This document shows positions 30,901 to 38,168 of a DNA stretch of 64,000 bases, one piece after another (positions within the stretch are counted from its first letter, which is position 1; each line of letters starts with the position of its first letter). The DNA is taken from contig CAIUPO010000008.1 in the NCBI GenBank assembly GCA_903901055.1, positions 4,799 through 68,798 on the forward strand, given 5' to 3'. A model generated the notes under the pieces. The model was not told the DNA's origin and did no database searches. It was given only the letters and a program-made list of their open reading frames with translations. Origin of the DNA: an uncultured Bacteroidota bacterium. Its GTDB lineage: Bacteria > Bacteroidota > Bacteroidia > JABEUT01. A program made the position numbers and the translations under genes.

Positions 30901-31708
30901 CGTAAACCCTATGCCGAATACCAAAATCACCGCAGATGTTATGGCAGGTTGTGCTCCTTTATGTATTCAATTCAGAAATACAACAACTATATCTTCAGGA
31001 ACTATTACCCAGTATAACTGGGCTTTTGGAAACGGGGATACTTTGAATGAAAAGAATCCCGTTTATTGTTATCCGAATCCGGGAAGTTATAATATCACTA
31101 TGACTGCTGTTTCCGATAGCGGTTGCAGTGCTACCTTGAAGGTGCTTAACATGATAAATGTTTACAGTCATCCGAATGCGAACTTTACAGTAAACCCGCA
31201 GCCAACAACTATTATGCAGCCAACTATTGAATTTGGAGATAAGTCAACTGATGCCTACGGAATAACCTACTGGAACTGGACGTTTGGCGATGCATTGGAT
31301 TCCGTTCAATATACCCAGAATGCAAGCCACACTTATGGGGATACAGGTACATATTGTGCTACATTGACAATTGTAAACCAACACGGCTGCGCTGATACAA
31401 TGACCAATTGCCTGATAATTTCACCTATTTATTGCTTATATATACCAGATGCATTTTCTCCCAATGGGGATGGTAAAAATGAATTTTTTACCGCGAAAGG
31501 AAATGATGTTATTTCATTTGAAATGTACATTTTCGACCGATGGGGAATGCAGTTATTCCATAGTACGGACATAAATGATGGCTGGAATGGTAGGGTAAGA
31601 GGCGGCAGTGTAATTTGCCAGGAAGATACTTATGTGTATTTAATTAATGTTTACGACAGTAAGAAAGCTAAGCATTCGTACACAGGAACTGTTAATCTTT
31701 TAAAATAA
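27995..31708 (+). CDS. Giant secreted adhesin with SprB repeats, PKD domains, Ig-like modules and a T9SS type B C-terminal domain
   Basis: It has a signal peptide. SprB-repeat signatures (e.g. GGHPPYTYKWSDNTT...GNYYVLIWDSTGCKDS) and PKD motifs (YNWAFGNGDT...PGSYNITMTAVSDSGC) are present. The C-terminus is FSPNGDGKNEFF...YIFDRWGMQLFHSTDINDGWNG. Confidence 0.85.
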   Translation: MKKITRLSLFLLSLLPFRGFSQLPNMGTNPKGGGSWIATKPFQRDVFIENNGQFSAAEKKFVGSKINYFTHKGSVYLYFTPNGLALRKDTVYKVKGEDKIGIEQEDGMRDLRIKHMLTKMQFVGANPNAKIVVENETPDYFTYPNHQDKSGKSSVLAHAWTKLIYKNIYKGIDIEFYYPEDKGGIEYNIIVHPGGDPSVVKFSYSGSNCSLNGNNLEVATGWDKIIDHAPTAKDANGHTVSAAFGVNGNTVSFHVGNYDKSQTLVIDPWMTLTTLGGSNLGYDIGYDYLGNVYVYGGGVSGYYELQKYNSGGGLVWTYTNNAFTYLYVTGYFYGGMVTDHKTGTSYMCEGFDPSPGCMVVKVNYNGTQAALFNGNSGTDEMWHMEYDYCNDQLLIVTGGSPTGQQCCHMDTNCTTESQVNMLSLVGVYSDQTLIGTDNAGQCYVATSQMVFPSGYSNLLCKMPLPSMTPTAYNVYDKHNFIEITNISYYPVLSGYVVGNGFNGLVATPTFVVTYDGGKMRQWKASNGALFDSATVSGTSYAWGGLDIDCQGHIYCGNNNAISIYDSNMNPVGNIPLSNTVYDLLVAPNGNIYACGNGYVQCVSGAPKLVTATYTPAGCACTGSATAHPCGPGPFSYLWSNGATTSSITNMCSGTYTVTVWEGTCPKPFDTAIVNLGAGGGFAATVTTVNASCSLNGSATAVPTGGHPPYTYKWSDNTTNVKDTGLIAGNYYVLIWDSTGCKDSIAFTITSSGAPTIKVTPTNDSICNGGSDSLVASGGQTYSWLPTTGLSCTTCANPIASPTITTIYTVTGDSNGCKATATATVTVLPPPTIKVSASPDTVCSGNPTTVTASGGVTYKWSDGSTTSSITVKPIVMTTYTVIGFDAHGCSNAATVTIYVASAPNLTVSVNKSICPGQSVTLSASGVGSGYNWQPGNNTSQTITVSPTSTTTYTVTLSDGCGIATGNVTVNVNPMPNTKITADVMAGCAPLCIQFRNTTTISSGTITQYNWAFGNGDTLNEKNPVYCYPNPGSYNITMTAVSDSGCSATLKVLNMINVYSHPNANFTVNPQPTTIMQPTIEFGDKSTDAYGITYWNWTFGDALDSVQYTQNASHTYGDTGTYCATLTIVNQHGCADTMTNCLIISPIYCLYIPDAFSPNGDGKNEFFTAKGNDVISFEMYIFDRWGMQLFHSTDINDGWNGRVRGGSVICQEDTYVYLINVYDSKKAKHSYTGTVNLLK

Positions 31709-31830
31709 ATTTCTATCGGAAGGCATCTGATGATAGGGTGGTAAGGGTGGAGGAAGTAACCAAAATGGAGCAAAATGCGTTTAAAGTATTACAAAATAGT
31801 GTAACTTTGTTCCGGAAATACAATAGGCTA

Positions 31831-33900
31831 ATGAATAAAAAGATTATAATATCTTTTTTATCGCTTTTAAATTTACTAGCATTTACTTTTAATGTCCGGG
31901 CTGAAAAGCATAGCAAAACTTGTTCCAATAATCCTTTATATTCTGCTACAATAGTCCCTGTTGCAAACTTCACTGCAAACAGAACTATAGTTTGTGTAGG
32001 AGATACTATTGCATTCACGGATTTATCTGCTAATGGCCCTACCGCCTGGAAGTGGACATTTAACGGTGGAACACCACCAACCTCAATCACGCAAAACGAA
32101 AAGGTTGTTTACAACATTGCTGGTACATATACTGTAAAACTGGTTGTTAGCAATATTGCAGGCTCTGATAGTATGACGAAGGTTAATTACATTGTTGTAA
32201 ATCCGTTACCTAATGTTAAAGTGAATCCTTCGGCTCCATTTATTTGCAAAGGAGATAGTGTTATGCTAACGGCATCCGGCGCGGCAACTTATACCTGGCA
32301 TCCAACGACAGGATTAAGTTGTACAACTTGCCCAAATCCTTATTCAAAAGTAAATGCAAACATAACTTATACCGTTGTTGGGAAAAATGCCTCGGGGTGT
32401 ATCGATTCTACCAGTGTAACCGTAACTGTAGGGAGTATTGTTGTTTCCATAAGTGCATCAGATACTAATATTTGCCAGGGTAATTCAGATACACTGACCG
32501 CAATGGGTGCCAATTCATATTTGTGGAGTAATGGTGCCACAACAAGTCAAATAATAGTTTCACCATCCTCTTCAACTACATATACTGTAATTGGTACAAG
32601 CCTTACTTGTATTGATACTGCTACTTTTAAAGTGAATGTATTTCCTGCACCTAATATTGTAATTTTAGGTACGGATAGTGTTTGTATTGGTGGCTCAACA
32701 ATACTTACTGCTACAGGTGCTGTGAATTATTTCTGGGCACCTTCTTCAGGACTTAGCTGTACATCGTGCCCAAGCCCCATGGTTAGCCCTACAATCACAA
32801 CTACTTATACAGTTATAGGAACCGATAATAACGGATGCAGCAATGCTACTACAGTTACTGTTTATGTCGAACAATTGCCTACGGTTGTTGCCCACACCGG
32901 CTTACCTGCAATATGCTCCGGTTCAGGAATGGCAACAAGTTTATCTGCCAATGGCAACCCGTCAGGTGGAACTTATGTATGGCAGCCTTGTAATAAGACT
33001 GGGCAAGCAGTAATCGATACACCAACTGTCACTACTGTCTACACGGTTTACTATACCAACTCCTGCGGAACAGCAACAGATACGGTAAGGGTGAATGTGT
33101 ACCCTCAGCCCAAGGTTGTGTTTTTTGCAAGTTCGAAATCCGGGTGTGCCCAATTTTGTGTTCAATTTACAGGGATAAACCTTACACCCGGAGTTAAAAT
33201 ACTTACATGGACCTGGGACTTTGGAGATGGCGGCACTTCTAATTTACAAAGCCCTCCTTATTGTTATAAAACTCCCGGAACATATACCGTTACTTTATCA
33301 GCTTATACAGCTAACTGTAGTACGCAGACGCAAATTGCAGATTATATCACTGTTCATGCATTGCCAAAGGCTGATTTCTCATATTCTCCCGACCCTGCAA
33401 CTATACTCGATCCTGTAGTAGCATTTGAGGATAAAACTACCGGGACTGCTCCAATTACAAGTTGGGCCTGGAATTTTGGTGATACAAACTATTTTTCAAA
33501 CTATAACCGTTATCCTACCCATACTTATCTTGATACCGGGTACTATTGTGTTCAACTTGCTGTTAGCGATAAGAATGGATGTGTTGATACCAATAAACAA
33601 TGTTTTGATATTAATTCCCAATATAGCTTTTATGTTCCCAGTTCATTCTCTCCAAACGGTGATAACATAAATGATATTTTTATACCAAAGGGAACGTATA
33701 TAAGCAATTTCGAAATGTACATTTATGACCGTTGGGGTATGCAATTATACCACACTACGGATATAACGGATGGATGGAATGGCAAAGTAAAAAACACCGG
33801 TAAAATTTGCCAGGAAGATGTGTATGTTTACGTGATAAGCGTAAATGATAAGAAAGGGTTGCCACACCATTATACAGGCTCGATTTATCTGCTGAAGTAG
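31831..33900 (+). CDS. Secreted adhesin-like protein with PKD and Ig-like domains and a T9SS type B C-terminal domain
   Basis: The start was set at MNKKIIISFLSLLNLLAFTFNVRA (signal peptide). The ORF opens earlier, at 31738, and overlaps the upstream gene. TGLSCTTCPNP/TGLSCTSCPSP modules and PKD motifs are present. The C-terminus is FSPNGDNINDIFIPKG...YIYDRWGMQLYHTTDITDGWNG. Confidence 0.8.
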   Translation: MNKKIIISFLSLLNLLAFTFNVRAEKHSKTCSNNPLYSATIVPVANFTANRTIVCVGDTIAFTDLSANGPTAWKWTFNGGTPPTSITQNEKVVYNIAGTYTVKLVVSNIAGSDSMTKVNYIVVNPLPNVKVNPSAPFICKGDSVMLTASGAATYTWHPTTGLSCTTCPNPYSKVNANITYTVVGKNASGCIDSTSVTVTVGSIVVSISASDTNICQGNSDTLTAMGANSYLWSNGATTSQIIVSPSSSTTYTVIGTSLTCIDTATFKVNVFPAPNIVILGTDSVCIGGSTILTATGAVNYFWAPSSGLSCTSCPSPMVSPTITTTYTVIGTDNNGCSNATTVTVYVEQLPTVVAHTGLPAICSGSGMATSLSANGNPSGGTYVWQPCNKTGQAVIDTPTVTTVYTVYYTNSCGTATDTVRVNVYPQPKVVFFASSKSGCAQFCVQFTGINLTPGVKILTWTWDFGDGGTSNLQSPPYCYKTPGTYTVTLSAYTANCSTQTQIADYITVHALPKADFSYSPDPATILDPVVAFEDKTTGTAPITSWAWNFGDTNYFSNYNRYPTHTYLDTGYYCVQLAVSDKNGCVDTNKQCFDINSQYSFYVPSSFSPNGDNINDIFIPKGTYISNFEMYIYDRWGMQLYHTTDITDGWNGKVKNTGKICQEDVYVYVISVNDKKGLPHHYTGSIYLLK

Positions 33901-33902
33901 AT

Positions 33903-34490
33903 TTACTTCACGCCCATTTTTCCATAGTAAAATACAAGTATCCAGGCAATGAGGATGTATATAATGTAACTAACTGTTGGCAGGAATGGCGCCATTATGA
34001 TAGCTGCAAGATAAGAACCATTTACAAAAATATAAATGGGGAATTGCTTACGGAAGTCCTTTAATAGAAAAGGTTCTGTTAGAAGTTCGGGATGATAGCA
34101 TGTGTACCATGTCATTAGGAACGCAACAAGGTTTGCTGCCATCAGGTTTATGCCATAAATCATTAGCGGAACCGGCTCTGTAGGATATTTACCTAATAAC
34201 GAAGCAGGGAAAGGCATAAAGCTTACAAACAAAAGCAATAACATATTCAGCCATAAAAGCACCCCGTTCACTTTGTGAATATGATGAAAGGAAGTATGAT
34301 GCGCAATCCAATAGAGGCCGATTAATATAAAGCTGGTTACATAGGCAAGTATATCCGGAAATAATGCCTTCAAGGCCTCTCCCAAGTGTTGGGTGCTTGT
34401 ATTTTCGGGAAGGTGGATGTTTAGAATAAGAATGGTGATTACAATGGCAAAAACACCATCAGAGAACATTTCAAGCCTGTGTTTTGTCAT
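33903..34490 (-). CDS. DUF1211 / TMEM175-like membrane protein (putative K+ channel family)
   Basis: The N-terminus RLEMFSDGVFAIVITILIL is the DUF1211 hallmark. Six predicted TM helices follow. Confidence 0.7.
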   Translation of the reverse strand: MTKHRLEMFSDGVFAIVITILILNIHLPENTSTQHLGEALKALFPDILAYVTSFILIGLYWIAHHTSFHHIHKVNGVLLWLNMLLLLFVSFMPFPASLLGKYPTEPVPLMIYGINLMAANLVAFLMTWYTCYHPELLTEPFLLKDFRKQFPIYIFVNGSYLAAIIMAPFLPTVSYIIYILIAWILVFYYGKMGVK

Positions 34491-36106
34491 GCAACTTGTT
34501 TTTTATGAAAATAACGAATTATCTTAAATATAATCAGAAACCCTATTAACAGGATACTTAAGTAAGAAGCAAATAAACCCGGGTAATCTCCATAGCGGGC
34601 GTAAAATGTTACTACATCCGATGGTTGCATTCTGGCTTTAATTACTGCGGGTTCCCACCATTTCGTTTGTTGGGAAATAGAGCCAAATTCATTAATTATT
34701 CCTGAGAAGCCTGTGTTCGCGCATTGCACAACTTGCTTCCGAGTTTCTGCTGCCAGCATTGCTCCGTAGCATAGGTGCTGCCTGTAACCGGGGGTATCTT
34801 TCCACCAGCCGTCGTTTGTTATTACGAATATAAGCTGAGCACCTTTTTTTATGTATTCACCAATATATTCCCCATAAATGGATTCGTAACAAATAGCCGG
34901 TGCAATGGTGGTTTTGGAGTATGAGGAATAGAATACGGTAGGCTCAATTTGAGTTCCTAATGTTCCGCTTGTTCCACCAAGGTCAAAAGCCAGTTTACCC
35001 AATGGTGCTAACAGTTTGTTGAAAGGCATAAATTCCACACCAGGGACAAGCTTACTTTTGTGGTAAACCTGAATGCTTTTTGATGTGTCTAATTGGAAAG
35101 CAGTGTTAAAGGAACTATCAATTTCATCAACTTTTTCGCCACTGAAATAGGCCTTAGATGACTCAGCCCCTGTAACCAATCTAAGGTTAGGGTGTTTGTG
35201 GAGGTACCTCCAAACCATTCGGATACTTGAATCTTTCTTAAAGTTATTTTCCCATAAATTGGGGTCGGCGATGGCGGTTTCTGGGAATACCAGATAGGCT
35301 GTGTTGCTATCTACCTTTTTGTCGGCAAGGTCGAACATCTTATTTAACTGATCTTGGAAGTTGCCGTTGAACTTCTCATTGTAGGGGTCTATGTTGGGTT
35401 GGACAACTACAACACTTACCGTTATTGGTTTGCAGGGAGAAGGGTAAGTGATGAAGGTTATTAATGATATAAGAATAGGCACGATGATTATGGCAAGTGC
35501 AGGGCCGAGTATCTTAAAGGAAAGCTTGTGTGTGTTGTCAATCCAGCGCTTTTTAATGATGTTGTAGACTGCCAGATTGCACAGCAGTATCCAAAGGGTG
35601 CCACCCAATGGGCCTGTGTATTCATACCATTGAAGAAGGGATACATAATTGGAAAACCCAAAGCCCAAGGTAAGCCAAGGCCAACTTAGTTGCCAGTTAA
35701 GGTGTATGTATTCGAAGGATAGCCACAGGACAATAAGAGCGCCATATCCAAAAACATTGCCATGCTTGCGCTTTATGCTATGAAATAAGGTTAGCACTAA
35801 TGCCATGAACAGCGAGTTGCAGAGAATGGCGATAGCACCACCAACATAAGTAGAGTTACATACCCACCATGTGGTTAGCCCGTTCCAGAGGAGCATTGCA
35901 AGGTAGGCATGACCAAAAAAGGTACGCGATTTACGTTTCTTGCCTGATGGGGGAGTGGTGCCGGATAGTTGATGCTCAACAATAAGCAAAGGACAGAAAG
36001 CTACCAATAGCAACAATGGAAAGCCGTATGCGGGCCAGCCTGCCCAAAGCAATACGCCAGTTAGGCATGATAGTAAAAGTAATTGTTTGCGGGTAAGGGC
36101 TTTCAC
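34487..36106 (-). CDS. lnt: Apolipoprotein N-acyltransferase
   Basis: A polytopic N-terminal membrane domain is followed by a C-terminal CN-hydrolase domain (LVFPETA...CYESIYG...ITNDGWW). The gene overlaps the downstream DUF1211 gene by 4 nt. Confidence 0.85.
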   Translation of the reverse strand: MKALTRKQLLLLSCLTGVLLWAGWPAYGFPLLLLVAFCPLLIVEHQLSGTTPPSGKKRKSRTFFGHAYLAMLLWNGLTTWWVCNSTYVGGAIAILCNSLFMALVLTLFHSIKRKHGNVFGYGALIVLWLSFEYIHLNWQLSWPWLTLGFGFSNYVSLLQWYEYTGPLGGTLWILLCNLAVYNIIKKRWIDNTHKLSFKILGPALAIIIVPILISLITFITYPSPCKPITVSVVVVQPNIDPYNEKFNGNFQDQLNKMFDLADKKVDSNTAYLVFPETAIADPNLWENNFKKDSSIRMVWRYLHKHPNLRLVTGAESSKAYFSGEKVDEIDSSFNTAFQLDTSKSIQVYHKSKLVPGVEFMPFNKLLAPLGKLAFDLGGTSGTLGTQIEPTVFYSSYSKTTIAPAICYESIYGEYIGEYIKKGAQLIFVITNDGWWKDTPGYRQHLCYGAMLAAETRKQVVQCANTGFSGIINEFGSISQQTKWWEPAVIKARMQPSDVVTFYARYGDYPGLFASYLSILLIGFLIIFKIIRYFHKKQVA

Positions 36107-36125
36107 GATTGCAAAGTAATTAAAT

Positions 36126-36166
36126 ATGAGATATAAGATATGAGATATAAGAGATAAGATATGAGC
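36126..36166. repeat. Imperfect tandem repeat with a 14-bp unit (ATGAGATATAAGAT)
   Basis: About three units lie directly upstream of the lnt start codon. Confidence 0.5.
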
Positions 36167-36619
36167 GTTGCGAGTTAATTTCTACAAAAAGTGTAGTAAA
36201 AAGGGGGATTAAAAAGTACAATTATTGACTTGAAATGGATAGGGCTTTTATGCAACGTTATGCAACACTTTTGAAAATTCACGTTTAGCTAAAGTAATAA
36301 AAAATCTTTAAGAATAAGCATATAAACAAGCACTTAACTGAAAAAGACATATTTGAAATAAATTATAAGAAGATTGTACTAATATATATTATAAAATTAA
36401 CAATATAATATATTTTTGTAGCCTAATCTTAAAAATACGGGAGAAATCCCGTATTGCGCCCCGGGAAAACTCCCGTATACGATTTTCATAAAATCCCATT
36501 GACAAACCCTTTTTCAGGTTGTAAGTTTACCACGGCTTAAAATTCCTTTTTCCCATGCTCCGCTCATTTTTTATATCGTTAATTTTTTTAATATTGTGGT
36601 AGAATTAAAACTACCAGCT

Positions 36620-37984
36620 ATGAACAACCTGAAACAATTAATTACTGCACTGTTACTACTTATTTTGCCAATTATTTCAAAATCTCAAAATATATACACC
36701 ATTGCCGGAAACGGCAATCAAGGCTATAGTGGAGATGGGTTATCTGCAACATCTATGTACTGTGAGTTAAATACTCCATCGTGTTTATTTATTGATTCTA
36801 TTGGAAATATTTATTTTACAGATACTGACAATGACGTAGTTCGTAAAATAAATTCTTCAGGAATTATCTCCACATTTGCCGGGAGTCATATACTTGGCGC
36901 AGGATTTAGTGGTGATAACGGACAAGCTACTAATGCGCAGTTAAATATACCGTACGGTCTTACTATAGACAAAGTAGGTAATATTTATATTGCAGATTAT
37001 GGTAATAATGCCATTCGTAAAATTAATACCACAGGTGTAATTACGACTGTGGCCGGAATTGGAGTAGGTGGTTTTAGCGGGGATAATAACCTTGCAACTT
37101 TGGCCGAACTAAATCATCCAACATCTGTGTTTGTTGATATTCCTGGCAATATCTATATTGGAGATTGCGGTAATCATAGGATACGTAAAATAAATATTTC
37201 TGGTATAATTACTTCCATTGCAGGAAATGGGAAAGGTGGGTATTATGCTGATGGTGGCCTCGCTGATACTTCTGAAATTAATTCTCCCTTTGACATTTCT
37301 ATGGATAAATCAGGGAGCCTCTATTTTTGTGACCCTGCTTATGATGTTGAAAGAATACGCAAAATAAACTCTTCTGGTTTTATTTCTACAATAGCCGGAA
37401 ATGGTATACAGGGATATAGCGGGAATGGAGGACCAGCCACATCAGCAGAACTATATGCTCCTACATCTTTTTCTATTGATAATTCTGGTAATATTTATTT
37501 TACCGACCAGGGAAATCAACGAATTCGCAAAATTGACACTTTGGGCAATATTACCGCTATTGCTGGAATTGGTATTAGTGGTTTTAGCGGAGAAGGAGGA
37601 CCTGCAAGTGCCGCAGAATTTAATTTTCCAGTTGGTATAGCATTGGACAACTCTGATAATATTTATTTAGTTGACCAACTTAACCAGAGGATACGAAAGA
37701 TATCCAATTTGACAGGAATAAAAGATACTCAAGCAAATACAAACATAGCAATTTACCCAAACCCAACAAATCAATTATTAACTATAAACTTTTATGGGCA
37801 ATTTGTGGGGCCTGCCACCCTTTCAATTATTGATATAAGAGGAAGGGAAGTTTTTAATTCTCAATTGAAAATTGAAAATTCTCAATTGCTAGTAAATGTT
37901 GCATGTCTTTCTGCTGGCATGTATTTTATGGAAATAGTAAGTTATGATAAAAAAAGTGTCATTAAAAAGTTCATTAAACAATAG
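36620..37984 (+). CDS. NHL-repeat beta-propeller protein with a T9SS type A C-terminal sorting domain
   Basis: The signal peptide starts at the internal Met (MNNLKQLITALLLLILP). Six NHL-like repeats are present (YIADYGNNAIRKIN, YIGDCGNHRIRKIN, YFTDQGNQRIRKID...). The C-terminal Por_Secre_tail is IAIYPNPTNQLLTINF...GMYFMEIV. Confidence 0.8.
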   Translation: MNNLKQLITALLLLILPIISKSQNIYTIAGNGNQGYSGDGLSATSMYCELNTPSCLFIDSIGNIYFTDTDNDVVRKINSSGIISTFAGSHILGAGFSGDNGQATNAQLNIPYGLTIDKVGNIYIADYGNNAIRKINTTGVITTVAGIGVGGFSGDNNLATLAELNHPTSVFVDIPGNIYIGDCGNHRIRKINISGIITSIAGNGKGGYYADGGLADTSEINSPFDISMDKSGSLYFCDPAYDVERIRKINSSGFISTIAGNGIQGYSGNGGPATSAELYAPTSFSIDNSGNIYFTDQGNQRIRKIDTLGNITAIAGIGISGFSGEGGPASAAEFNFPVGIALDNSDNIYLVDQLNQRIRKISNLTGIKDTQANTNIAIYPNPTNQLLTINFYGQFVGPATLSIIDIRGREVFNSQLKIENSQLLVNVACLSAGMYFMEIVSYDKKSVIKKFIKQ

Positions 37985-38009
37985 ATTTAACAATTAAACC
38001 AATAACATT

Positions 38010-38162
38010 ATGAAAACTATAATTTTTAATAAGCCGCTCACACTAACTTTTCTTATAATATTAGTTAATGCTTTTTTTACTTTAGGTCAAATATCAACCC
38101 CCACAAATACAATAACATCATCTGGAAATTATGTTGGAACAGACGCGTCCTCTATTACATAG
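38010..38162 (+). other. Signal-peptide segment (MKTIIFNKPLTLTFLIILVNAFFTLGQ...) in frame with the following ORF but separated from it by a TAG codon at 38160-38162
   Basis: ATG at 38010 opens 50 codons, then a TAG at 38160. The 832-aa ORF continues in the same frame from 38169 (TTG). Confidence 0.6.
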
Positions 38163-38168
38163 CCCGAC

